From: an uncultured bacterium
GTDB taxonomy: Bacteria; Patescibacteriota; Minisyncoccia; Phycocordibacterales; GWA1-40-21
NCBI GenBank assembly: GCA_903832855.1
Contig: CAILDB010000014.1
Span: 144-64,143, forward strand
DNA: 64,000 nucleotides
Direction of reading: 5' to 3'
The notes beneath the pieces are model-generated. The model made no database searches. It saw nothing but the letters and a program-made list of their open reading frames with translations, and had not been told where the DNA came from. Shown in pieces: positions 1-9,343 of the stretch. Within the stretch, counting starts at the first letter, position 1. Every line of letters begins with the position of its first letter. The translations under genes were made by a program, and so were the position numbers.

Positions 1-51
1 TATAATCTTCATAAATATTGTGCGACACGTTTTTTGTGTTAAAATTACTCC

Positions 52-180
52 ATGGAACTAACAAAAGAGATTATTGAAATATTTGCAAAATGGACAAAAT
101 TAAAAATCCGCATTCAAAACGGAGGCCACCCTTGCGGGTGGCCTCCTCGGAACTCCCTTGCGGAAGCAAAATGTACCTAA
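52..180 (+). pseudogene. Probable remnant of a PemK/MazF-like toxin gene (N-terminus joined directly to the 3' hairpin region)
   Basis: 42-codon ORF MELTKEIIEIFAKWTKLKIRIQ...; FxKWxxxK start resembles MQKEFDKWNNRKK of the intact PemK at 42052-42456, and it is followed by the same type of hairpin unit. Confidence 0.45.
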
Positions 181-220
181 AGTATATCACCCATCAAATT
201 AAAGTCAAATCAAAAATATT

Positions 221-2530
221 ATGAACATTCAAGAACTCAAAAGACAATTTCTAGAATACATTGAAATAGAGCGTGGTCGTGCACTTAAAACTATTGAAAA
301 TTACGACCGCTATCTCACGCTATTTTTTGAACAGACAAAAATTACCGACCCAAAAGATATTACAAACGAAAAAGTTCGAGAATTCCGTGTCTGGCTCAAT
401 CGCAGTCCTGGCGCAAAAAGCTATCATCTCCTCGGTGAGTCTGCGACCCCTGGTGGAACAATGAGTCGAAAGACACAAAATTTTTATCTTATCGCCTTGC
501 GAGTTTTTTTGAAATTTCTCACTCGTCGCGGTATCACTTCCCTTTCGGCAGATAACATTGAACTTGCAAAAGTTGCTGAACGCACTGTGGACACTATTTC
601 TCCGACAGAATTAAAACGCCTTTTGGACGCGCCAAATAAAGAAGAAAATCCCGAACGCCGTGCCCGAGACAAAGCAATTTTGGAACTTCTTTTTTCTACC
701 GGCCTTCGTGTCTCCGAACTTTGCTCTCTCACAAACGATTTGGATTTAAAGATGGATGAATTTTCCATTCGCGGAAAGGGCGGAAAAGTGCGAGTGGTTT
801 TCCTTTCAGATGAAGCAAAAAGAGCGATAAAAGATTATTTGGTTTTACGAAAAGATATGTCTGACGCGCTCTTTACTCAAATTTCCGAGGACCCGTCCGA
901 AAATAAAGGTTCCGTCATTGCGAGAAGCAAAGCGACGAAGCAATCCAGAAAATTAAAGATGGATCCCGGCCTCCGCCGGGATGACAGAGAGAAAAATAAT
1001 CCGCACAACTTTTTAGACAAAAGAACCATCGCAAGAATAGTCAAACGCTACGCGACTATCGCTGGCATCACTCACAAGGTTACGCCCCACACTTTAAGAC
1101 ATTGCCTTCACCCCGACACTTTAATTTTTGTTCCTCATTCTGTCCTTTCTGCAAAAGATCTGATGAAAAGCAAAACCAAAAAAATAATTTCTATTGATTT
1201 TATGAAAATAAAAGATGAGTTTTCACAGATAACATCCAGAAGTACTCATTTTTCAGAAGATTTAACAAACATTTGGGCTGGAGGTTATGAAATATCTGTC
1301 TCCCCAGAACACAGGTTTTTTACATTAACTCAAAAGGGTATCGAGGAAATTTATACAAAAGATGTCAAAAACGGCGACTATCTCATGGGTATTAAAAAAA
1401 CTGGATTTAATAAACTTATAAAAGGAAGCAAAGCAGACATAGCATTGTGGAGATATATCGGATATATCCTGGGAGATGGCGTTGTTAGTGAAGCTAGACG
1501 TGGTGTAATTATTACCGATAAAAATATTAAATTTCTTGAATTCTATCAGAAACTCATAAAAGATGAACTGGGGTTTACTTCTCAAATTTATCCCCTTAAA
1601 CATTCAAATTCATTTACTTTATCTTATTACTCAAAATTATTTGTCGCTAAACTCAGAAAAATAGGCATAAATGGAAAAGCAAAAGAAAGAAGGGTCCCAC
1701 AATCTGTATTCAGTGCCAGCAAAGAAGAAATAAAATCTTTAATCGCCGGAATATATGATGCCGAAGGAAATGAAGGTACTGGTGGATTAAAATTCTTTTC
1801 TGCAAGCAAGATGTTTCTCAAGGATATTCAAATGTTACTATTGATAATTGGAATTGATGCTCATCTTTACGAAAGAAAAAGAAAAGTCAGATTACCAAAC
1901 ACAAACAAAATTATTAATCACACCATATACACGCTTCAAGTAATCCATAGGCCAGATCAACTATCTTTTAGAGAGAAAATCCCAACAAAAAAAAGGTTAT
2001 TCGTAGAAAATGAGTTTAATGGAGAAAAAATTCCAGTAAGAGAAATTTTGAAGGATATTTATCATAATATGCCTGATAAATGGCACAATTTTTCTAGATT
2101 ATTGAAAAAAAAAGAAGGGATAGATATATATAGATATATAGGAAACACGACAAAAATCGTTCCAAACAAGGAAACTCTCTCAACAATAATAAAATATATG
2201 GGAAAGGTTAAGGTAATAGATGCCCGAATCCAATTATTAAAAAAATTAGTTAGTAATAAAACGATTAAGTGGTTAAGAGTCAGAAAAATAGAGAAAAAAC
2301 GATACAATGCCGAAGTTTATGATTTTTCAGTTGCAAAGAATGAAAACCTGATTACTGATGGCTTTGTCTCTCATAACTGTTTTGCCACCGATTTGCTTAG
2401 TAACGGTGCCGACATCCGTTCCGTTCAAGCAATGCTCGGCCACGCCAACATCGCCACCACGCAGATCTACACTCATGTCACCGACAAACACCTCCGCGAC
2501 ATTCACAAGAAATTCCACAGTAAAAGATAG
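221..2530 (+). CDS. XerC/XerD-family tyrosine recombinase containing an intein
   Basis: [56 protein letters not shown] motifs; 344-aa extein after removing the intein. Confidence 0.95.
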   Translation: MNIQELKRQFLEYIEIERGRALKTIENYDRYLTLFFEQTKITDPKDITNEKVREFRVWLNRSPGAKSYHLLGESATPGGTMSRKTQNFYLIALRVFLKFLTRRGITSLSADNIELAKVAERTVDTISPTELKRLLDAPNKEENPERRARDKAILELLFSTGLRVSELCSLTNDLDLKMDEFSIRGKGGKVRVVFLSDEAKRAIKDYLVLRKDMSDALFTQISEDPSENKGSVIARSKATKQSRKLKMDPGLRRDDREKNNPHNFLDKRTIARIVKRYATIAGITHKVTPHTLRHCLHPDTLIFVPHSVLSAKDLMKSKTKKIISIDFMKIKDEFSQITSRSTHFSEDLTNIWAGGYEISVSPEHRFFTLTQKGIEEIYTKDVKNGDYLMGIKKTGFNKLIKGSKADIALWRYIGYILGDGVVSEARRGVIITDKNIKFLEFYQKLIKDELGFTSQIYPLKHSNSFTLSYYSKLFVAKLRKIGINGKAKERRVPQSVFSASKEEIKSLIAGIYDAEGNEGTGGLKFFSASKMFLKDIQMLLLIIGIDAHLYERKRKVRLPNTNKIINHTIYTLQVIHRPDQLSFREKIPTKKRLFVENEFNGEKIPVREILKDIYHNMPDKWHNFSRLLKKKEGIDIYRYIGNTTKIVPNKETLSTIIKYMGKVKVIDARIQLLKKLVSNKTIKWLRVRKIEKKRYNAEVYDFSVAKNENLITDGFVSHNCFATDLLSNGADIRSVQAMLGHANIATTQIYTHVTDKHLRDIHKKFHSKR
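913..986. repeat. Two CGTC/TGTC-type palindromic elements in frame within the recombinase gene
   Basis: CGTCATTGCGAG...GAAGCAATCCAG (913-948) and ATGGATCCCGGCCTCCGCCGGGATGACA (959-986); intergenic relatives at 22490, 26447 and 56738. Confidence 0.8.
1103..2377 (+). mobile_element. Intein (425 aa) with LAGLIDADG homing endonuclease
   Basis: Starts CLHPDT, block [14 protein letters not shown] and IAGIYDAEG motifs, ends VYDFSV...[11 protein letters not shown] followed by +1 Cys. Confidence 0.95.
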
Positions 2531-2574
2531 TGTTTATGCTATAATACCTATATTAATAGCTAACAAATACAAAT

Positions 2575-2937
2575 ATGGACCAACAAAATCCAAATCAACA
2601 AGCCCCACAAACAGTAAATCAAAATATCGAGATAGATCACGACAAACTTTGGGGCATTCTCGCATATGTTTTCTTTCTTATTCCCCTACTTGCGGTGAAA
2701 AATCGCTCATCTTTTTTGAACTATCACATCAATCAGGGAATTATTTTATTTATCGTCGTGTGTGCAGGAAATCTCGGTCTTGGAATTTTACCTTGGTGGC
2801 TTGCGATGTTTACTTTATTGAAATTTGTTTGGAACGGTTTGTCTGTCGCACTTCTCGTCATCGGAATTATGAATGTTTTGAAAAGAGAGATGAAACCGTT
2901 GCCAGTCATTGGAAAACTTTTCAATTTTTTGAAATAG
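2575..2937 (+). CDS. Small membrane protein (DUF4870-like)
   Basis: Three hydrophobic segments, GILAY...YHINQG and LPVIG motifs. Confidence 0.7.
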   Translation: MDQQNPNQQAPQTVNQNIEIDHDKLWGILAYVFFLIPLLAVKNRSSFLNYHINQGIILFIVVCAGNLGLGILPWWLAMFTLLKFVWNGLSVALLVIGIMNVLKREMKPLPVIGKLFNFLK

Positions 2938-2941
2938 CAAC

Positions 2942-3745
2942 ATGAAACTCATTTCTTGGAACGTAAACGGCCTGCGCGCCTTAGAAAAAAAAGATAAATG
3001 GAATCAGGTTTTTGAGTTTGATCCGGATATTATTTGTTTGCAAGAGACAAAGGCACATCCCGAACAACTTTCCGAAGGCGTCCGTTCCCCCGCCGGCTAC
3101 CACGCATTTTTTGATCATTCAAAAGTGAAAAAAGGTTACAGTGGCGTGGCAATTTACATTAAAGATAAACTTTTCTCCTCTGTCATTCCCGCGCAGGCGG
3201 GAATCCAGTTCCCTAAAATTGAATACGGCCTTGGAATTTCAAAATTTGACGAAGAGGGTCGCACACTCGTAGCATATTTCAAAAATTTTGTTTTAATAAA
3301 TATTTATTTTCCAAACGGCGGAGGCGGACAAGACAGATTAGATTTCAAAATGGAATATTATGATGAGTTTTTGAAATTTATAGAAAAGCTGCGCAAATCC
3401 GGCAAAAGCGTGATTTTTTGCGGAGATGTAAACACCGCACACAATGAAATCGACATCGCCCACCCAAAAGAAAATGAAAATCACAGCGGATTTATGAGAA
3501 TTGAAAGAGATTGGATGGACAAACTTGTTTCGCTCGGTTGGACAGATACTTTCCGCGCCTTGCATCCAAAAGAAATTAAATATTCTTGGTGGGATATGAA
3601 AACATTTGCTCGTGACCGCAACATCGGCTGGCGTCTGGATTACTTTTTCGTCTCGCCCGACCTCGCGCCAAAGGTCTCTCGTGCAGAAATCTTAAATAAT
3701 GTTTTTGGCTCCGACCATTGTCCAGTTTTGCTGGAATTGAAATAA
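2942..3745 (+). CDS. xth: Exodeoxyribonuclease III
   Basis: SWNVNG, CLQETK, GDVNTAH, GWRLDYF, GSDHCP motifs; in-frame palindrome at 3181-3208 (VIPAQAGIQ). Confidence 0.95.
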   Translation: MKLISWNVNGLRALEKKDKWNQVFEFDPDIICLQETKAHPEQLSEGVRSPAGYHAFFDHSKVKKGYSGVAIYIKDKLFSSVIPAQAGIQFPKIEYGLGISKFDEEGRTLVAYFKNFVLINIYFPNGGGGQDRLDFKMEYYDEFLKFIEKLRKSGKSVIFCGDVNTAHNEIDIAHPKENENHSGFMRIERDWMDKLVSLGWTDTFRALHPKEIKYSWWDMKTFARDRNIGWRLDYFFVSPDLAPKVSRAEILNNVFGSDHCPVLLELK

Positions 3746-3823
3746 AACCTTATTTAAAGCCCTATAATTATCTATCCACAATTTAAATTTGCAATTATAT
3801 AATGGATACCATATAATAGTCTT

Positions 3824-3925
3824 ACAAAGATTTGATGTTTCGAACTGTCACCGGATGGTGGCGTGGCTGGGACAACCAGCATAGAGCAACTTATCGGAGA
3901 GAGGCCCTTCGGGGCTTTTCTTTTA
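3824..3925 (+). ncRNA. Candidate small RNA
   Basis: TTGCAA-17-TATAAT (3789-3817), GC-rich ~100 nt body, terminator GAGGCCCTTCGGGGCTTTTCTTTT. Confidence 0.35.
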
Positions 3926-3995
3926 CATCCTTAAGATACATAGCTGTGGATAACTTTGTATTGCAGAGTTTCTATTTACTTTCTATAATATATGA

Positions 3996-5495
3996 ATGGC
4001 AAAAGACATGCAAATAAAGGTGTTTAACTTTATTAAAAATTTTGAAAAGAAAAAGAAGTTTTCCCCTTCATTAAAAGAAATCTGTAATAAATTTAACTAC
4101 TCCTCTGTCTCGACGGCGTCCTTTCACATCAAGAACCTTCAGGATAGCGGATTTTTAGTTAGAGAAAAAGGTAAACCCAGATCAATAGAAACCTTTGATT
4201 ATGAAAAACTAATTCGCATACCATTTTTAGGTAAGATATCAGCGGGAAGACCAATAGAGAGAATGTCAGAAAGAGAGTTTATTGCTATACCACAAAGTAA
4301 AATTCCAAGAACAGGAAATATATTCGCACTTGAGGTGTCCGGCAATAGCATGATTGAAGAAAATATCAATGATGGAGATGTTGTACTAGTTAAAGAACAA
4401 AACGTGGCCGATAACGGGCAGAAAGTTATCGCCTTGGTTGATAATTATGAAACAACATTAAAAACTTTTTACAGAGAAAGAAATCAGGTAGTCCTCAAGC
4501 CAGCAAATAAAGAATTTGAGCCAATAATTATTCCAAAAACAAAACAACTCGAAATACAGGGGGTTGTCATTGATGTTATAAAAAATGAAGGCAATAAAGT
4601 CCCGGCTGAAAAAATAATCAAAAGATCAGACGAACTTCCCCTAAACAAGATAATCCTAAATGATGCGGTGGAAGAATTAAAAAGGTTACCAGACGACAGC
4701 TGTGATGTAATAATAATTGACCCCCCATATAATATAGGGAAAGATTTTGGAAATAACATAGACAAAAGAGAACTCAGTGAATATATAAGATGGTCAAAAA
4801 GTTGGATTGACCAATCTATAAGAGTGTTAAAACCTACTGGAACGATGTTTATCTATGGGTTTAGTGAAATTCTTGCCCATTTATCAGTTGAAATATCCAT
4901 AAACAAAAGATGGCTAATTTGGCATTATACAAATAAAAATGTCGCCTCATTAAATTTTTGGCAAAGAAGCCATGAATCAATAATTTGTGCATGGAAAGAT
5001 AAGCCTGTATTTAATAAAGATTCGGTCAGAGAGCCATACACGGAAGGATTTTTAAACGGCGCTGCTGGAAAAATCAGAAAAGGAACAGTGGGTAGGTTCA
5101 GCAGTAGTGGGCAAGAAACGGTTTACAAGGCACATGAAGGCGGTGCCCTACCCCGTGATGTTATCAAGATCCCTGCATTAGCCGGAGGAGCAGGAATGAA
5201 TGAACGTTGGTTCATTTGTAAGACATGTAATAAAATCTGCGAGCCTAGAAAATTAAAGGAACATCTTACGCACATTACTGAAAAACACCCGACGCAAAAA
5301 CCGTTAGAACTTTGTAGAAAATTAATTAAGTCAGCGATGCCTAACCAAAACGGGGTGGTATTGGTTCCTTTTGTCGGTTCTGGAGCCGAATGTGCAGCGG
5401 CAAAAGAATTAGGACAAAATTATATCGGATTTGAGATCAACCCAGATTATATAGAACTTGCTGAGAAAGTGATTTCCTCAACTAAAATTAAATAG
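3996..5495 (+). CDS. LexA repressor fused to a beta-class N4/N6 DNA methyltransferase
   Basis: PSLKEI HTH, ISAG cleavage site, GNSM Ser and TTLK Lys; then IDPPY, HPTQKP and PFVGSG motifs. Confidence 0.9.
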   Translation: MAKDMQIKVFNFIKNFEKKKKFSPSLKEICNKFNYSSVSTASFHIKNLQDSGFLVREKGKPRSIETFDYEKLIRIPFLGKISAGRPIERMSEREFIAIPQSKIPRTGNIFALEVSGNSMIEENINDGDVVLVKEQNVADNGQKVIALVDNYETTLKTFYRERNQVVLKPANKEFEPIIIPKTKQLEIQGVVIDVIKNEGNKVPAEKIIKRSDELPLNKIILNDAVEELKRLPDDSCDVIIIDPPYNIGKDFGNNIDKRELSEYIRWSKSWIDQSIRVLKPTGTMFIYGFSEILAHLSVEISINKRWLIWHYTNKNVASLNFWQRSHESIICAWKDKPVFNKDSVREPYTEGFLNGAAGKIRKGTVGRFSSSGQETVYKAHEGGALPRDVIKIPALAGGAGMNERWFICKTCNKICEPRKLKEHLTHITEKHPTQKPLELCRKLIKSAMPNQNGVVLVPFVGSGAECAAAKELGQNYIGFEINPDYIELAEKVISSTKIK

Positions 5496-5499
5496 GTGC

Positions 5500-6195
5500 C
5501 TATTTAATTTTCTGATCTATTTTCCTTTTCTCCCCTTCAAAAGTTAATGGGGTAAAGACGACAAACCCATTTTTAAATCTCTCTAAATTTTTATTATTTG
5601 TAAAATCGGTGTAGGGTTTCCTCCACTCCCCTTTTTTTGTTTTGGGGTTACTAAAAATATCAGAAGGCGGTACAATATACAAAATATCAATAAATTCCCC
5701 CTCAAGTTTAGTTTTTGAAGCGTCTTTATCCCTTCTAACCTCCCTACTATGAGTTTCTTTTTTAACTTGGTAGTTTAGTTTATAACCTTTATAATTTATC
5801 CTAAAATCAGCCCCTTTATGATCTAATTCCTCACTCATTTCAACACTTTTTTCTCCAAATACCGATTCGGCGACATACCCCGCATGTATTTGAGTGATTA
5901 TACTTGCCCATGTTCTATATATTCTGGCTGGTAAGCCAAGATAAAAACATTTCTGGCACATCTGTATCTTTTTTCTAAAAGTTTCTAAATTGTTACTTAA
6001 AGTAGATTTGTATTCATTATAAAAATCATCAAAATTCAAAAACTTTTTATCATTCCAATAAACTTTATATAGAAAAGATATTGCCTGAATTTCTTTCGGC
6101 AAATCCATTTCTACTATTTTTATCGGACGAAATCTTTCTCTATAAGAACTAAGATCAACCGTTTTCAGAAATTTTGTAAATTTATCTAAATGCAT
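5500..6195 (-). CDS. TaqI-family type II restriction endonuclease
   Basis: Blocks recalled from TaqI: DLSSYRERFRPIKIVEMDLP, LGLPARIYRT, QVKKET, NGFVVF; adjacent to an MTase. Confidence 0.8.
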   Translation of the reverse strand: MHLDKFTKFLKTVDLSSYRERFRPIKIVEMDLPKEIQAISFLYKVYWNDKKFLNFDDFYNEYKSTLSNNLETFRKKIQMCQKCFYLGLPARIYRTWASIITQIHAGYVAESVFGEKSVEMSEELDHKGADFRINYKGYKLNYQVKKETHSREVRRDKDASKTKLEGEFIDILYIVPPSDIFSNPKTKKGEWRKPYTDFTNNKNLERFKNGFVVFTPLTFEGEKRKIDQKIK

Positions 6196-6326
6196 GTTTT
6201 ATCTATGTATCGAAATCCTAGCACAATGTTACAAAAATCACAAAATTTGGCACCTATTTTAAAATTGCTTTACAAAAAAGCTAATGTATGCTATAAGTAT
6301 ATAAGAAGAAAACGCATCAATCCAAC

Positions 6327-6524
6327 ATGGAGAAAGAAATGAAAAAACCTGAGGACTTCTTGGCTTGGGCCAAAGAAGAATGGCCGAAAGCCTCTTCTAT
6401 CGCACGGGCGAGGATCAGTGCAAAGGTAAAAACACTCGAGAGACACGGAAGGATTGACTCGAAACAAGCGACCGCTTTTTTCGAAGCCATGAGGACCGCA
6501 AGAAAAGAGATGCGAAAGGGATGA
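6327..6524 (+). CDS. Small orphan hypothetical protein
   Basis: Own promoter (TTTACA-17-TATAAG, 6269-6297) and hairpin-polyT terminator at 6523-6556. Confidence 0.55.
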   Translation: MEKEMKKPEDFLAWAKEEWPKASSIARARISAKVKTLERHGRIDSKQATAFFEAMRTARKEMRKG

Positions 6525-6579
6525 GGAGGCTGAATTCGTTCAGACCTCCTTTTTTTAATGCTAAATCTGGAACTTATTT

Positions 6580-7572
6580 TTATTGACTTGCAAAAGTTTT
6601 CAGAATCGCCAAAAATTGTCCGCCATTCGCATCCAAATCAAATTCTTTACTAACAAGTCCTGGAATTCCTTTTGACATCGCTTCGAGCTTTGCTTCATCA
6701 ATTCCCTGTTCCCGGATTACTTCTTCAAAGGCTGCGAGACTAGCACCATAAACCTCTTTTGCTCTAGCGTTTCCAACTCTTTCCGCAAGTTTTATCAAAA
6801 AACGCATCTGGGCCAAGGCTTCTTTTATAAAATGAAATCTCAATGGGTTCTGGGAGGCCTTTTCTTTCACTACGGCATTTCCTTTATCACTTTCGTATGC
6901 AAGAAAATCTTCTTCTGCTTCTTTGAGTGCCTCTCCAGTACAAGATACAATCACTTTCGGCATTTTAAAATTTTTCAGTCTGATTTTTTTCGGTCCGTCT
7001 TTTGTTATTATTTCTGCTTCAAAATATTTCATTGATGGAATTCTCCCCTGAGTTATTTGGACTATTTCATCAAACATTTTTTTCTTTGCCTCAGTATGAG
7101 AAATAGTAAAGTCCACAGAAAAACCCAAACATCTGACGGATCTTTCATCCTCCACCACTTCATTTGGTGTCATCTGAATAGCCATATCTATACCACGAAA
7201 TAAATCATCATAAAGAGTAGGATTAATTACTCTTACATTATCCCCCATCCAACCAAGCTCCCTTATCGCTTGTGGAATCATAATTTCCACAAAGTCTGCG
7301 TCCATATCTGCTTCTCTCTGATGACCCTCAACGTCTTGCCTCTTTCTTTTTATACCCGCCATCTTTGCGTCAACCTTTGAAACATCGTCTCTCACTTCTG
7401 CTTCAGAAAATAAAACTTCTTGCTTGCCCTTAAATGTTTGAGTAAGACCAATAAAATTTGTTGGGTCAATTCTTTGATATTCCAAAGTTGATGTGACTTC
7501 TTCAATAAATTTTCGCAAGTCATGCATATCACTTCCCCCTTCAACATTTCCTGGTGTAAATTTTTCTTTCAT
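6580..7572 (-). CDS. Hypothetical protein, possible PD-(D/E)xK-like fold
   Basis: 330-aa ORF; YDDLFRGID...SVDFT motif. Confidence 0.6.
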   Translation of the reverse strand: MKEKFTPGNVEGGSDMHDLRKFIEEVTSTLEYQRIDPTNFIGLTQTFKGKQEVLFSEAEVRDDVSKVDAKMAGIKRKRQDVEGHQREADMDADFVEIMIPQAIRELGWMGDNVRVINPTLYDDLFRGIDMAIQMTPNEVVEDERSVRCLGFSVDFTISHTEAKKKMFDEIVQITQGRIPSMKYFEAEIITKDGPKKIRLKNFKMPKVIVSCTGEALKEAEEDFLAYESDKGNAVVKEKASQNPLRFHFIKEALAQMRFLIKLAERVGNARAKEVYGASLAAFEEVIREQGIDEAKLEAMSKGIPGLVSKEFDLDANGGQFLAILKTFASQ

Positions 7573-8015
7573 AATAGTTTAATTATAAAAAACATTTTAC
7601 AAAAAGACAATGTAAAAAGAATATTTGTTTACAAAATGTCCTTTATTTGTTGGCTTAAATCATAAAGGACATTATTAAAAAGTTATCCACAGGTATGTCC
7701 TTTACATGTCTTTTATAAAAAAGGTATAATACTAGCAGAGGTCAACCAGAGATTAAATTTGTGCAACTCAAATCCAATCTCCTATCTCAGGATGACCGTG
7801 TTCTTTCCAAGAGGTTTGGCCACCTCAAGAAAGGTTTGCAAAGTTAGGTCTTGTTTATCGCGCGGGGCGCGGTTGCGTTTGCCTTATTATTTTGTGACGT
7901 TATCGTCACTCGGGGCATCATCGCAGAAACAAAATCTTACTCGGCGTTCGCTTTCGCCGTCCGGTTTCACAATCGTGTTCTGGGCGGTTTTTTGTTGCTT
8001 TTTTGTAAATAGGTC

Positions 8016-8423
8016 CTAAAGCACGATATCTTCAAGTATCTGTACTCTACCAACCCTTTTTTGCATAGAAACAAACACACAAACCACATCAAACTGCCAC
8101 TCCGTTTCATCTGAAACATCTGCCTCTAGGAGATAAGTCTGAATAGTACGGCTTAAACGCTTGATTTTCCAAGGGTGCATGTTATCTTCTGGTCTGAAAC
8201 CATCGTTTTCCCTATTCTGACCGGTATTTGAAACACTACCAAAGTTTTCCCGCGAAACACTTTTGACCTCAACAAAGTGTATTCTCCCTTGTTTTTCGGC
8301 AATTATATCAATTTCTCCCCATTTTTTACGATAATTCCTTAAAATAACACTAAATCCGTGTTTCATGAGAAACTTACAAGCAATTTCCTCACCGATTACC
8401 CCCAATTCGTTGTGTTTTGCCAT
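8016..8423 (-). CDS. yraN: YraN family endonuclease-like protein
   Basis: GVIGEEIA, RNYRKKWGEIDIIA, FVEVK, FDV motifs. Confidence 0.9.
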   Translation of the reverse strand: MAKHNELGVIGEEIACKFLMKHGFSVILRNYRKKWGEIDIIAEKQGRIHFVEVKSVSRENFGSVSNTGQNRENDGFRPEDNMHPWKIKRLSRTIQTYLLEADVSDETEWQFDVVCVFVSMQKRVGRVQILEDIVL

Positions 8424-8538
8424 AGTTTTTACTTATTTTTGAACTATTTTAAGTAATTATAGCACCTTTTTGTTTTCATGTGTAACATTTTGGCAAAATG
8501 TTACTTAGAAACATATTTTGTATGTTTCGCGTGAAAAC
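8103..8538. promoter_or_regulatory. Cluster of degenerate parS-like sites
   Basis: 12-13/16 matches to TGTTTCACGTGAAACA at 8103, 8244, 8359, 8472 and 8523. Confidence 0.6.
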
Positions 8539-8965
8539 ACCCAGAAATAAGGACATTTTTAAGACAAGTCCTATAATTTCAGCCATATTTATAGCCATAT
8601 TCCGTCAAAGACCCGCAAAAATGGCCTATTTTCTTAGACAAAGCAAAAACTGTCTTTAATCCACATATACACAGAGTTATCCACAGTTTCACAAAAGCGA
8701 GTTTATTTAATCAGTGTTTCTCAGCGTAGGGGATTGGCAACTATTTAGAAGCGTGTTTATTTTTTGTCTTTTAGAATTTTTAACATGGCGCCGGGAATCT
8801 GTCACAGATTGTTTGCTCGTCGCCACTCGCAAACATCCGCGACCCCGACTCAATCATTTTTCTTGCTAGAAAAATAATTTCCGTCTTTCGATTCCCTAAA
8901 ATAACTAGTTTGGACTAGTTATTTTCGCCGCACAAAATAAAATGGCCTTTCGGCCTTTTATTTTG

Positions 8966-9036
8966 TGCGGGCGCCGGGAATCGAACCCGAACCCAATCCT
9001 TGGCAAGGACTAGTTCTACCGTTAAACTACGCCCGC
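8966..9036 (-). tRNA. tRNA-Gly(GCC)
   Basis: GCGGGCGTAGTTTAACGGTAGAAC...AGTCC TTGCCAA GGATT...GGTTCGATTCCCGGCGCCCGCA cloverleaf; CCA not encoded. Confidence 0.95.
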
Positions 9037-9211
9037 ATGCTCACAGGAAACATTATACACGAGTTATTAAAAATTTCAAATTATATATTATGGGTAACAA
9101 CGGTGGTCACAAGTTTTTGCCTGCTGGCAAAACTCGCGACCCCGCCTCGGCACGTCTGCCTCCGGCTAGCACAGATGAAAAAAGAAGCTTCCTAGCTTCT
9201 TTTTTCATCTG

Positions 9212-9283
9212 TGCTCCCAGTAGGATTCGAACCCACAACAACAGTTCCGAAGACTGTTGTGATATCCATTTCACCATGGGAGC
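9212..9283 (-). tRNA. tRNA-Arg(TCG)
   Basis: GCTCCCATGGTGAAATGGATATCAC ACAGT CTTCGGA ACTGT...GGTTCGAATCCTACTGGGAGCA; CCA not encoded. Confidence 0.93.
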
Positions 9284-9343
9284 ATTATGCACAATCATAC
9301 CCTATATTAGCTAAAAATCAAAAAATGTAATAAAATAGGTGCA

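Noticed and set aside
221-2530. Integron integrase or prophage integrase
   Set aside because: Motifs are Xer-like, the extra segment is explained by palindromic insertions, and no attC cassette array or phage genes are adjacent
8787-8799. attR of a tRNA-Gly-integrated island
   Set aside because: Duplicate lies only ~170 bp from the tRNA with no genes between; treated as part of the trailer element
8965-9314. Small ORFs over the tRNA region, and others over hairpin elements (14446, 22492, 40800, 56351, 58661, 61944)
   Set aside because: They overlap tRNAs or repeats and show no protein features
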